64,000 nt of DNA from Vicugna vicugna (GCA_013265495.1 MU058463.1:1883523-1947522); one strand, 5' to 3'; positions 49,141 to 62,619 are shown, counted from the first letter of the stretch. Notes: generated by a model not told the origin, from the sequence alone. Program-made: numbers and translations.

Positions 49141-52100
49141 GTGGCGGGCCCTTTCCCCAGCCCACAGAAGTGCCGAAAGCTCAACGTGACATGCAACAGG
49201 CAGTCAACAATACACATTCCCTTCCCATCTGCAGAATTCTAAATGCTTGTCACAATACCTTACATACGACGTCACCTTATTTCATCCCGACACAAATCCT
49301 CCTCCTCAACATTTCAACTTTAGAGGCCGAATTTTAAGTCTTTGCGTTTCTTTTTGTCTCCTTTTAGGAAACACTATTGAAAAGATACACTCGTTTTCTC
49401 CCATTCCCTTAGCTCTGTTCTTTGGCAAGTTTTACAAAGTACCCGAAGCCGTAAAAAGGGTTAATTTTATTCCAACGTTCCAGATGTCTTCAGCACCTTG
49501 ACTTTGGTAATGTACTAAGAACAGTAAGTCTTTTTAATGAAAGTGAAAGGTTTGCATTGTACTTAAATCTGGAACTTTTTCCCCCTGAAGAAACTCTGCC
49601 ACTGGGCCAGCCTTCCCGCCATTTTAGACAGGGTGAGATATGTTTTTGCTTAGGCTTACCCTTTTTCAGCACATTTCCAACCAACGGCAGTTGGTATCCA
49701 AGCAGTTAAAACTGCATCAGCGCTAACAGCTATGAGCTCATCTTGTATAAAGACATTTTTAGTTAAACACCACAGTCTTGGGGTGGGAGGGGGGAGAAAA
49801 AAGTTAGCGTGCTTAACCAGGCTGGCTTGGAATAGCTCACAATATGACGCACACCACAGGAAATAGAGTGGTATGAGGCACCTACAAAATATTTTTCAAA
49901 CAAGTCATTGACGCTGTAAGCCCCATGCCTCAGCTTTAGGAAGTCACTTATTAAGAATCAACACCAGCCGTGCCAAGCTAAGCTTTTGCTCTTGGTGATT
50001 TTCCAATTGAATATTCAGGGCCCTGTTTCAGTCTTGTTTTCAGGGGAGTACATGCCTGGAATGTTAGCAAGCTATTTGCTGGAAAAAATGCCCACAACAG
50101 GCCCAATGTTGATCACATTAATGCGTTTGAGTGAGTATGGAGTGCAAATGATTGAAAATACTTCCAGATCCCCGTTGCAAGGGACAAAGCAGGCTCTGTT
50201 CTCTGATCTGATGGTCATTTTTTTTCCAGCGGAGGATGTGGTGCAGGAAGAGGGAAGAGGGCCAATCTCTGTCTAATGGTTCCAAACAGGGCCTGGGCCT
50301 AGCTCTCTGGATGCTGACGAGTGGGAAATGAAACACAGATGGGTCAGATGGGTAAGGAGAGGGGGATTACAGGTCAGGCCAAAGAGTTGGAATAAATTAA
50401 GTGCTTATGAAGTACAGAATGGCACATTGTTTAAGGGAACGGACAGGGAGAAAAGATTCCAGCGTTGCTCAGTCCAGTGAGTGAACCTGAAGTTCCTCTT
50501 CCCAGATGAGCAGAGGTCACAGAGATCCTCAGCGTCAGGATGTATGTGACCCACAAACTAAAACATGGCCAAGTGGGGCCTGAGACATTCTTCTAGACTC
50601 CAAAGAAGCCAATTTTGCTTTATTACACATGAGATGTAATTTATTGGGAGAAATGTTTGGGCTCATGTGTCAGATCATGGAGAGTCAGATTTGGAGTGCC
50701 CTGGGGATCTCTGAGGAGAAGGTGAGTAACCACAAATTAATACAGCAGGGAAATAAAGTGACAAAAGAAATGTTTCATTGTGCCTGAAATATTGAACCAA
50801 TTTCCCCCTTTTTAGCCTTTTAAACCTTCGCTCACAAATCAAAGACTAGCTCAACTGAAAAACTCAGCAGAAGCCTGTAGTGCCAGATAAGAAAAAAAAA
50901 ATGGGGGGGGAATTCAATATTCTTCCTAAGTTTTTAAGTGCCTTCATAAAGTAGGCGAAAACAGCCAAAAAAAGGACTTTTTCACAGTACTAGAAAATCA
51001 TCCAAACAATTAGATAACTTAAAAAAAGGCAGCCCCGGGAGCCATAATAGATCTGCCCATTTTGTGTCCTGGGTGTGTTGGAGAAATCACCCAGCCTGAT
51101 TATTTCATAGCAGGTAACCATAGACAGGCTGGAGAGAGTGTGTTTTCTTGAAGGAACCAAACCAATAGAATGTGAGGACAGAACAGAATTAGAAAAGTTC
51201 TAAGGCTTGGAATTAATGGTTTCTTTTTTAGAGCGACAGAAATTATTTTCAGAAGTTTATTTTCATACCAGCCATGTTTCCATTTTATGGGCTTGACCTT
51301 TAACAGAATATCCCACAGGCAAGGCTGGAGACAGTGGTTGTGGGCCGTCCTCTGGGCGCTCACGCCGCGAGTATGAAAAGCTTCTCAGTTTATCGATTGG
51401 GGCTCTGCATCTCCAGAGGCTTGGGGAGATGACCCCAGACGGCCAGTATGAAACGTCTGGAAGCGGCCTGTCTTTCAAAGTTCGGCAATTGGCATTGTTA
51501 TTATTTTAGTCAGTTGGTTCAGTGAGCGATACCAACCATATGTACACGGCATCTTATTTTCTACTGTTGAGCTGTGCTACTTAGAAGGTAAATATTTTAC
51601 CTTTCCCCCTCGATCTTCTCCTGTCCAAAGCTTTTATTATTCCTATGCTCTGAATCTTGGAAAGGCACCCCAAGAATAAATAACCAGTTCATAAAGCAAA
51701 TGTGAAAAACGATCGTGACACAAGCATCAGTATTAAGAGTTGGAGAGAAAAAAAAATTACTGAGGAGAAATTTCTAGCTTATGCTGAGCAAAAACATAAA
51801 ACTGTTATTCATGGAAAGAAGGACAGACCCATAAGAAAGTAATATCCGGCTTTTTCCTTTCCAATAAAATGGATGAATTTTTTTCTCAAGTATCCTTTTC
51901 TCTCTAAAATAAAAAAATGATAGTGGGAAATGTTTGTGGAAGAATCTAAAGGCAGAAGTCATTTTGATAATGCTTAAATGACTCCATGTTTATAATGTAA
52001 AATTAGAGTTAATTCTTTTCAGGAAAAGGCTCTGTAACAGGATAGGGTCCCAGGAGAATGCTGTTTCATCTGGAACACACCTCCAGCGGGGTGTCTGAGC

Positions 52101-53000
52101 GCAGCATGGAGGGCTCTCAACTCGGCCTTCTGGCTGAGACCCTGAAGTATTAACAAAGGGACGTGAGAAGCAGAGAGGCCTCTCATGTACCTGTGAGGTT
52201 ACACAGGCCAGCTGGCTTCCTGCCAGTGGTTACCTGGAGGATGGAAAATGTGTTTGCAATCTAGCAGCAGAGCCAGCCAAATCTCTGGACGAGGCAAGCT
52301 TCCATGACAAACACCATCAAGGTGGTAAAGTAGGGCAGTAACGATGAGGCCATTGTCCACTCCAGCCATGACTCCCTAGCTGCAGCCATGCCCGAGTGTC
52401 CTCTCACATGTGGGGACCTCTTCCGAGGGATGTGGCCCTTAGGCTTACCAGGCTGGAGAAAACACGCCCAAAGCACAGCTCTCTAGAGAAGCAGAGAACA
52501 TCACATCTATACCACCCCTACAGCTCCCCTGTAGGCAGCACGGCACAGTAGACAACAATTAAGAAGGAATCTCTTTCCACACCCACAAACCCCGAATCCA
52601 CCCCTGGGATTACCATTTATGAGGTGCAACTACAGAGAAAGATTTTGGAGAGAGAAGGGAAGTACACTTGCTTTCTTGACATGTCTGGCTTGAGGCCCAT
52701 CCATCTGGTAAATAAATAACATGATCTAAAGGGCACAACTGAAATCCCATTATTCTGATCCCCGATATATGACTATCATACTATTTCATGCAATTTTCAT
52801 TTAACAAGAGGACCGGTGGAGAAAGCTTTCACCCAATCTAGGCATTCTCCTAGGAATAAGTCAACAAACCCCAAGTACTTACTACTTCTTTTCCTTATTA
52901 TCTTTAAAAAACATACAGCACAAACCGAAATGTGAGGCCTTGGGGCCACTCTAGGAACTTTAGTTTCCACCAATAAACTTCCAAAATAAGGAAGGAAATA

Positions 53001-53860
53001 CAATAGTCCTCCCTTTATCCCCAGTTTTGCCTTTTGTGGTTTCAGTTACCCATGGTCAACGGTGGTCTGAAAATATTAAATCGAAAATTCCAGAAATTAA
53101 CAATCTGTAAGTTTAAAATCGCACGCCATTCTGAGTAGCATGATGAAATCTCGTGCCATCCTACTTCAGCCTGGCTCATCTCGCCAGGGATGTGAACCAA
53201 CTCTTTGTCCAGAGTATCCTGTCCGTTAGTCACTTAGAAGCCTCAGGGTTATCAGATCGACCGTCCTGGTATTGCAGTTCTTGTGTTCAAGTAACCCTTA
53301 TTTTACCGAACAACGGCCCCAAAGTGCAAGAGTAGTGACGTTGACAACTTGGACATGCCAAAGAGAAGCCGTAACATGCTTTCTTTAAGTGAAAGGTGAA
53401 AGTTCTCAACTTACGGAAAGAAAAAAAAAACATATACTGAAGTTGCTAAACTCTGTGGTAAGAACGAATCTACTATCCATGAAATTGTAAAGAAGGAAAA
53501 GGAAATTTGTTCTTGTTTTACTGTCTCACCTCAAACTGCAAAAGTTATGGCCATAGGGAATAAGTGCTTAGTTAAGATGGAAAAGGCATTACACTTGTAC
53601 ATAAGATATTTTAAGGGAGAGAGAGAAAGAGAGACCACATCCGTATAGCTTTTATTACAGTATATTGTTATCATTGTTCTATTTTATTATTAGCTATTGT
53701 TGTTAATCTCTTACTGTGCCTAATTTATAATTTAAACTTTATCACAGGTACATACGTACAGGAAAAAACAAAGTGTACATAGGGCTTGGCATTACCTGCA
53801 GTTTCAGGCATCCACTGAGGGTCTTGGAATGTGTCCCCCTCGGATAAGGGGAGATTGCTG
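53001..53860 (+). mobile_element. Tigger7-derived MER44-type DNA transposon (TcMar-Tigger), internally deleted
   Basis: TA TSDs (52999-53000, 53861-53862); TIRs caatagtcctccctttatcc / ggataaggggagattgctg; transposase N-terminus from ATG 53355 (MPKRSRN...EVAKLCGKNESTIHEIVKKEKEI, frameshifted). Confidence 0.9.
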
Positions 53861-55018
53861 TATTGGCCAACTATCTGCAAAGCACAGGCTTCGTGCTGTT
53901 TGCAAATTGAAGGCATAGATTAACTCTTCTCTAGTACCCTTTGTTCTCTGGACTTACAAACAAAGGCAGGTGTTCACAAAGCAACTGACTAGGGCAGGAT
54001 GTGTCCTGCAAAGCTCTCTGTACTAGACAGAGGGGACCACACCCCAGACTCGGTCCTCCTTAGGAGAGATTCAAGATGCTCCACCTAGTGATGACTTGGG
54101 CTCTGTCAGCTCAGAGGCTAGAAGGGAGGATATAGTGTTTCTCCTTCAAGGAGAGGCCCCAGCATTACTATTCTTACAATAATTTTGGCTCTCTGGTAAT
54201 AAACACAAGGAAAATACCATCAAGAGGTACGTAGTAGAGATTATACTCAAATCAAGGACTTCAGAACCCTGTCTGCCAGGCCAATATCACCTGTAGGCCA
54301 GTTCACCTCCATCCAGTCACTTTACAGCACTTGGGTGTTTGCTGTATGCTCAATTAAAATCCTACTCTGGTGGGAAAAAAACAGATTTCCAAATGGTGAC
54401 TTTATTGATTCAATAAAATTTAAGAAATTCTGCTTATGGAAAAACTCATTAACCAAAACTAATAAATAAGAGTTTACCCGGCAGTCTGGTTCCTCTTTAT
54501 TTGACAGAATTAAAAATCACTCTGGAATGACTTAGTTCACTTTTCACTTGTTAATTGAGCTTAATGGTTTAGTAATTCTCTTTCTGTTCTAAGCTTGTGA
54601 ACTCTTCATTCTTTCCGGTGAGACTTGCATTCTCTTGCTCCTAACTTTACAGATCATACAGTTACAAAGAAGTTTCACAGAAGTGAAGCACATGGAGGAA
54701 GGGGGAAGAAAGGAGAACTTTTACTTGGGCTGATGTAATGACTTAAGGCTCAGCCTGACCTTGAGGGATGGTGTCAAGTTGCACCACACTGTTAAGTCAG
54801 CATAGTTTCAAGTGCAATGTCCATGTGAGGGACAATGTTCTTATCGAATACATGTCACAGCAAATTTCCACTTCTGTTCAACAACCTCTGTAAGAAATTG
54901 CAAAAGCCAAAATTATGCATGTACTGGACAAAACCTTTCCATCAATTTCACCTTCCTGTTCAAAGACTTTTTTCCTTTGAAAGGCTGCTACTGTACAAAT
55001 GTCTGTTTGTTTATTCTT

Positions 55019-55267
55019 GTTAAAAAATTTTTTGTTGACGTGTAGTTGATTTACAATGCTAGTTTCAGGTGTACAGCAAAGTGATTCAGTTATTTACATA
55101 CATTCCTACATATATATATATTTTAAATTCTTCTCCATTACATGTTATTATAAGATATTGACTACAGTTCCCTGTGCTATACAGCAGGACTTTGTTTTTT
55201 ATATATTTTATATATAGTAGTTTGTGTCTGTTAATCCCAAACTCCTAACTTATCCCTCCCTTGCCCC
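55019..55267 (-). mobile_element. Young cetartiodactyl-type L1 3' end
   Basis: 'tagttgatttacaatg...tttcaggtgtacagcaaagtgattcag'; perfect 13-bp TSD tttgtttattctt (55006-55018, 55268-55280). Confidence 0.9.
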
Positions 55268-55831
55268 TTTGTTTATTCTTAATACAAAACTTATTAAATC
55301 AACTTTTTTAAAATCAGGAATTTGTTAAAAGTAGCTTTGACTGAATATGGGTATATTATGACCTTTGGGATAAAGTGCAGATCTTGAGGGATAATACCAG
55401 AGTTTGTCGAGGTATTTTATCACTCTTTGGTTTACCCTTCAATCTTTGGATAGATGCCCCAACCACACCTGTTCTGACCATATAAGTCACACTACAACCA
55501 ACCTAGATTCTCTGGACCAACCACTGCCCACCAAACAGTAAACTACTAGTCAACTGTTACTGCATAACTCTTAAAAGCTAGTAGCTGGGGTAAGTCAGCC
55601 TGAGTGGTAGAATCTTTGAAATATATCATATAATTTAGTTTTATATCACCCTATGATCCTTTTTTTCCCTTAAGATATATTGAATTAAGAAAAAGGGATT
55701 TTTTTTAGGCAGGCAGGAACATTCAAACTAGTTCAATATATACAGATGAAAGTAAATAATTGTTTTTGGATGCAAATCTGGATGCAAATTGAATACTATT
55801 ACTACTACTATTACTACAAAAAGTGGAAAGA

Positions 55832-56408
55832 TGCACCCCATTGTTTATAGCAGCACTATTTACAATTGCCAAAACATGGCAGTAACCTAAGTGTCCCTTG
55901 GCAGATGAATGGATAAAGTTGTGGTATATAAACATATAATGGAATATTACTCAGTCATAAAAAAGAATGAAATAATGTCATTTGCAGCAACATGGATGGA
56001 CCTAGAGATTATTATACTAAGTGAAGTCAGGCAGAGAAAGACAAGTATTATATATCACTTATATGTGGAGTCTAAAAATTAGTACAAATGAATTTACTTA
56101 CAAAACAGAAACAGATTCACAGACACAGAAAACAAACTTATGGTTACCAAAGGGGAAATGTGGGGGGATAAATTGGGAGTATAGGATTAACAGATGTACA
56201 TTACTATATATAAACAGATAAACAACAAAGGTTTACTGTATCACACAGGAAACTATATTCAATATCTTATAATAGACTATAATGGAAAAGAATATAGATA
56301 TATACTTATACATGTATAACCAAATCACCTTGCTATATACCTGAAACTAACACAATATTGTAAATCAACTATACTTCAAAAAACAAACAAAAACAAACAA
56401 ACAAACAA
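55832..56408 (+). mobile_element. Young cetartiodactyl-type L1 3' end with A/C-rich tail
   Basis: 'atggatggacctagagattattatactaagtgaagt'...'taaatcaactatacttcaaaaaa'; 14-bp TSD aaaaagtg(g/a)aaaga (55818-55831, 56409-56422). Confidence 0.92.
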
Positions 56409-57774
56409 AAAAAGTGAAAAGAAAAGCCTGGACTTAATCATGCCAGATGATTTTCCAAAGCGATTATATCAACTAGTGCTTCTACCAGCCCTGTGTACGT
56501 ATTCCCATTGTTTTATGCTCTTGCCGATTTAGGCCTGAAATCATTTCTATTAAACATGCAAAATCACTTGAAATATGCAAAAGTAATGGGTGTTTTTACG
56601 CCTATGTGAAGTTATTGAGATCAATTCGAAGGGAAAAGTGGTGAAGCGGTCTCGGCTCAGACCTCAGCTCACTTTCCTGTGTCCTCACATTCAGACCTGA
56701 TCTCATTGAGGTCTGTGGCTTTAACTGCCTTCAGTGACCTCCAAATTTCTATCATGAGTCCTGACTTCTCTCCTGCTTTTCACTCAATTGCCTATTCAGG
56801 ATCTCCTTGCGTAGGTTTAATGTGCATCTCCTTCACCCACCCATTCCTCTAATGGCCACCTGAAATTCACGGAAAAGAACCTGACAACTATACATGGCCA
56901 GGTTGACTCACTGCGCATATGAAGAGCTGGATTTTGTATCTTTTATGAAAGGGATTTGTTCTTGCTCCAGCACTACTAAGATGTGATGTCATTTACTCTT
57001 CAATCATTTTGATCAAAGTAACAAGTGGATCAATTTTAAGGCCTTTATATTTGCATGATTTCCTCCTAGTTGTGAATCTACATATATATATATATACATA
57101 TGTGATTTCACATCTTGAATTTTTTAAATTAAATTTATAATAGACACTGCACATTATCACAGATTCTCCTGAAAACACAATAAATGCCTGCATAATGTTT
57201 CATTATGTAGATAAATCACAAATTATTTCTTTCATTTCTCTACTGTTAAGCACTTATGTTATTTCTAGATAGATTATGCTGTTTGATTCTATTTATGATT
57301 TTTTTCTCCCACCATGCTTATGCAGATTGTTTTTGTGGGTACATAGAAAAGTCCTTAAATACATTGTGCCAAGTCAGTTCACTAGGCTTTTAAAATATAA
57401 TTTTTACTAATAATTCACTTGATTATTCATTTTATTCTTTACTGTTTATAGGGATATACAAATAATATGTAATAAAAATAATGAATCATTATAGAAATAA
57501 TATTTTTCTTTCCTTCTGCAAAATATGCTTTATTTGTTTCACATTCAAGTACTTCCAAAACAATGTTAAGTGATGACATTTGTCACTCACTGAACACTTA
57601 TTAAATGCTAGGTCCTATCATAATTGTTTCATAAATGTTATATATTATTTAGTAGTTCATTATTTTCTAGATTTTTCCTAATTAAAAAAAACTCTAATAA
57701 CTTTTAATATCTGATTGGCTATTGGTTTGAAATAGATATAGCTTATCAGGGTAAGGAAAGTAACTTAAATTCCT

Positions 57775-58800
57775 TTTTTTTTAAATAAGTTTTATAGAAA
57801 AGTTCTAAGGATAGTACAAAGAATTCCTTTACACCTTCACTCAGTTTCTCCGAGTTTGACAAATTACATAAACATGGTGTATCTGTCGAAACTCAGAAAT
57901 TCACACTGGTATATACTATTAAATAAACACCAGATTTAATCCAGATTTCTCCAGTTTTCTCACTAGTTTGCTTTTTCTGCCCCAGGATCCTATTCAGGGT
58001 ACCGTGTTGCACTTAGTCCTTATGTCTCCTTAGTTTCCTAGAGTCTGTGACCGTTTCTCAGTCTTGTTTTTGATGATCTTGACAACTTTGAAAAGTCCTA
58101 AGTGGATTTTGCCAAATGCCCCTCAATTTGAGGCCGTCTGATGTTTTTCTCGTGGTTGGATTAGAGTTACGGGCTTGGGGAAAGAATGTCTTTCTTATCA
58201 TCTCGTGTGAGTATGTGATATCAGCCTCACTTATTACTGGTGTTAACCTTGATTAAGGTAGTGTTTGCCAGGTTTCCCCATTGCAAAATTACCATTTTTT
58301 CCCCTTTTTATACTCTATTCACTAATTCAGTTGTGAAACCTAGCCTACACTCAGGTAGAGACAGAAACTAAGCTTCAGCTCCTGGAGGAGAGAGTGCCTA
58401 CATATATTATTGAAAATTCTTCTTTAAGGAAGATTGGTCCCATCTCTTCCAGTCATTAATTTCTTAGACATTGATTTATATTAGTATGGACTCATAGGTG
58501 TTTATTTCATACTTTGGGTTAGAATCCAATAGCACTACACTTTTTATCTTATTGCCCAATTGTTCCAGCTTTGGCCCGTTGGCTTTTTCAGTTTGCTCCT
58601 GTTTCTCTTTGACATGTCCCATCATTTGTTGTTGTGTTTCATTCTGCTCCCTTTGTTTATTTGAGCACTTCGTTATTTTTGGCAAGATTCTCCAGGCTTA
58701 TCTTGCACTTTCTCTGCCCCAACTCTAGAAATAGCCATTTCTCAAAAGAGTCTTGGTCCCTTTTATTGGAGAATAGTGTTTAGAAACCAAGGTCTGAGCA
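57775..58800 (-). mobile_element. L1MC/L1MD 3'UTR fragment
   Basis: 'gatagtacaaagaattcctttacaccttcactcagtttc', 'ccccaggatcctattcaggg', 'gccatttctcaaaagagtcttggtccc'. Confidence 0.8.
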
Positions 58801-58834
58801 CTATAAGTTATGTCCCTTTTTGCTTTTAGAGATT

Positions 58835-59392
58835 TTTGTGCATCCCATTGTTCATAGCAGCATTATTACAGTAAACAAGATATGAAAGCAACCTAAATGT
58901 CCATCAGCAGATGAATGGATAAAGAAGATGTGGTGTATGTATACAATGGAATATTACTCAGCCATATAAAAGAATGAAATTTTCCATTTGTGGCAGCACG
59001 GATGGACCTGGAGGGTATTATGCTTAATGAAGTAAGTCAGATAGAGAAAGACAAACACTGTATGTTTTCACTTATATATGAAATCTAAAAAATAAAACAA
59101 AAGACTGTATATAACAAAACAAAAACAGATTCACAGATACAGAGAACAAACTGGTGGTCACCAGAGAGAAAAGGAATGAGGGGGGAGGGGCAAGATAGGT
59201 GAAAGAGAATTAAAAGGTACAAATTACTAGATATAAAATAAGTTACAAAGATATTATATACAGAACAGGGAATATAGCCAATATTTTACAATAACCTTTT
59301 ATTGAGTATAATCTATAAAAATATTGAATCACTACGTTGTACACTTGAAACTAATAAAATATTTTAAGTTGACTGTACTTCAATATGAAAAA
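58835..59392 (+). mobile_element. L1MA-like 3' end
   Basis: 'gttcatagcagcattattac...ggatggacctggagggtattatgc...gttgtacacttgaaactaa'. Confidence 0.88.
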
Positions 59393-59399
59393 GCAAAGG

Positions 59400-60035
59400 T
59401 TTTTGTTTTGATTTTTAAAACATTATGATAATATACACATAACATAAAATTTACCACTGTAACCATTGTTATGTGTACAGTTCAGTGGCATTAAGTACAT
59501 TTACACTGTTGTGCAACCATAACCATCATCCATCCACAGAACTTTTTTAATCTCACAAAAATGAGATTCTGTGCCCATTAAACAATAACTCCTTATTATC
59601 AGTAAGTGGATTCATATGGTATTTGTTCTTTCATGACTGGCTTACTTCACTTACCATAATGTCCTCAAGGTTTACCCATGTTGTAGCATGTGTCATAATT
59701 CCCTTCCTTTTCAAGGATGAATAATATTTGATTACATGCACATGCCACATTTTGTGTAACCATTCATCTGTTGATAAGACACTTGGGTTGTTCGTAATCC
59801 CTAGTTATTGTGAATAATGTTGCTGTAAACATGGGTGTACAAACATCTTTTTGAGTCTCTGCTTTCAATTCTTTGGGTTATATTCCCAGAAGTTGAATTG
59901 CTAGATCATATGTGACTCTATGTTTTTTTTTTCTTTTTTGAAGAACTTCTAAACTATGTTTTACAGCAGGTGCATCATTTTACATTCCCATCAATAGTGC
60001 CCAAGGGTTCCAATTTCCCCACATCTCCACCAACA
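59400..60035 (-). mobile_element. L1MB-like 3' fragment
   Basis: 'acataacataaaatttaccact...gttcagtggcattaagtacatttacactgttgtgcaaccat'. Confidence 0.88.
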
Positions 60036-60292
60036 ATTCCAAAACCATAGAATGTGAGACACCAACAGCCAACCCTAATGTCTGGACTTTAAGTGATGAT
60101 GATGTATCAAAGTAGGTTTACCAATTACAACGAATGTATCATTTGGGGGAGGCTATGTTGATAATGGGGGAAGCTATGCATGTGTGGCGGCTGAGGGTAT
60201 GTGGGATAGTGCTGTACCTTTCTCTCAATTTTGACGTGAACCTTAACTTCTCTAAAGACAGTGAAGTTTTTATTAAAAAGATTAAAAAATAA
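60036..60292 (+). mobile_element. L1MC/L1MD 3' terminus
   Basis: 'aaaaccatagaatg...gttgataatgggggaagctatgcatgtgtgg...tctcaattttgacgtgaacc'. Confidence 0.8.
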
Positions 60293-60509
60293 ACAGAATA
60301 TTTCTAAACATTTCGCTATGGCCTAAGTGAGTCCCTTGAATGATAGGTTGAACTTGGCCAGTAGGAATGGGCAAACAATTGCATTGAGACAGTGTCATTG
60401 GAGAGAATTAAGATTTTATTTTTAACAGCTTCAAATGAAACAACGTTTATTTAACTCCTTTCTAGGAACAATGTCTATTCAACTCCTTACTCCTCATAGT
60501 AGTTGAGGT

Positions 60510-61400
60510 TTAGCTTTACCTGGAAATGAAATAGTAGAAGTTTGAGGTTCATTTATTAAATCTATGGCAAGCTATTTGCAGTGAAAATGCAACCTAAATG
60601 CTGGAGGGATTTGACATAATTTTTAAAATAATTGGTAAGAGAATAAGCTGACAATTTAGCAAAAGAATGTTGGGAAGTGAACAAACTTTTTGACGCCATA
60701 TTCCTTTTCTTTGACAAACTCAGTGAAGATAAATTCGCAAGGATGAAAAAGCTTTTCAAATTGGCTGATTTAACAATGTCTTCTCACTAGAGAGAAATCT
60801 TTTCAGTCTGATGAGGCTAAAGCAATCTAAATGGAAATATTGGTTCCCACAGATTCCTATTGGCTTTGATGATAAAACCTTCTGCCTCATCTATTTCCTT
60901 TTGATCTAGTTGAAAAAGGATGCTGGGAGAGGCTCGGACCAGACTTCTTCAATGACCAGCTGCTGATACAGCTGTGGCTTGTTAAGGCCACAGGACAAGG
61001 AAAAGTTCCAGCATGCTTCCTGTTTTATCACATTCTTAAGTTAACATTCTATTACTGAGAAAATTGATATCCACACAGATGCAGAAATATGGCACATACT
61101 GAAGGGCCAAATGGATTGTAAAAATGAGGATCCAGCTACATACTTCAAGAACTTATTAAGATGTAAAAGCTTATCAATAGAACCTTTATTCCAACTTAGC
61201 AATTTGAAACAAAGATCTGCTTTTAGATAGTTTACTTGCCTAAGATTGATGGGGAGAGAGTTTGAATTCCCTGGAGAAGCACACTTTCTGGTCTCAAGTA
61301 TCCAGATGGATTTGCATCCTAGATCCAACCTCACGGGCTTAAGGAATGCTGCAGAAGGCCTCCAGCTGATAGGGGCGATCTCAACTATGACTCTCACTGC
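60510..61400 (+). mobile_element. Probable ancient RTE/RTE-X (L4-like) LINE ORF fossil
   Basis: Frame from 60563 reads YGKLFA...LVRE*AD.LAKECWEVNKLFDAIFLFFDK (RT domain 2-3-like); downstream PATYFKNL...KQRSAFR...GREF resembles a LINE C-terminal domain. Confidence 0.45.
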
Positions 61401-62619
61401 TTTCCATTAAGGAAATGAGAAGCAACTCACTTTTTACAAGGTGTTAACTAAGCTTGGCTGAGCAGCCCAACTGAAAAATCAAACATGCCCAAACACTTCA
61501 TGTTTATAAAAACAAACTCCATTAACGTGCCTGGCTTCCCTTTTCATAAAATTGCAGATGATTTACTGCCTATCTTAGTGCAGTCCAATTTTCCTGTAAA
61601 ATGCATGTTCTGTATTATGTTTGGCACATTTCAGGCGATCAATGTGTAATTGTTGAATTGAATTAGAATTGATTTGTTTTCCATGAAGATTATAATGGAG
61701 GATTTTATAGAACCAGTGACTATCCAACTGGCATAAAAGAGAGTATTTATACAAGCTATAAGAACTGGTATGCACTCCTAAAAGGAAGTTAAACATTTTT
61801 TTTTAATACCACAGTGTTCATCCTTCCAAAGTTGGACTTAAAAGGAAGAAGACCAAATTCTCTAACAACGTGCTCCATCAAGTTGGCCCTTATGACAACA
61901 AATCTCTTCAGAGTAATTTAATTGTCCCCAATCCCTATATACCTGACTACTAAAATTATTCTAATAAACCCAATTCCAGGACTTTCTAAATTTCTTAAAA
62001 TATTTGCAGGATAATGTCTACTATTTCTCTTTATCCACGTTTTAAAAAGATATTCAGTAATAAAAGAATACACAGCAATGATCTCTGTTCCCATTCACAG
62101 AAACAAAATATGCAGAGAGAATTGAAGCCCTTGGTTTACCCATTCCCTGATCGCATTACCTGCTCTTCCCCTCAGAAGGAACTGTTTATCCTATTTATCC
62201 AAGTCTTAGCTCAAATTTGCCCACAACCTGTGGCAGGGAAACAGGAAAACACTGTAAATAGGTTTATAGTGGAAATTAGCTTCACTTTTCATTTTTTGCA
62301 AAGCATGAACTTAAGTAAGATGGTGATGATTTCACATATTCTTCAGGAGATACTGGTTCTTTTTACCCTCCTGGAGAGATATATTTACCAAACTCACAAA
62401 AAAGTTGGCCAAGAAGAGACAGACATGGTAGAAGCTTCAAAAACCCATGCCTTTCTGATTGTGTAAGAGACTTAGCCCCCTCCCTTGCACAGGCAGGTTG
62501 TTGGCATTCTCCACGCATGGCCAAAGGCACCTTTCTGCCCTTTTCTAACTCTCTACCATTGTCCCAAAAAGGAGAGCAAGTCGGTAATAATGAGGCCCAC
62601 AACTGTCCAGCCATTTCTC

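Noticed and set aside
62014..62466. 150-aa ORF
   Set aside because: No recognisable homology or exon structure; a length like this can occur by chance in 64 kb over six frames
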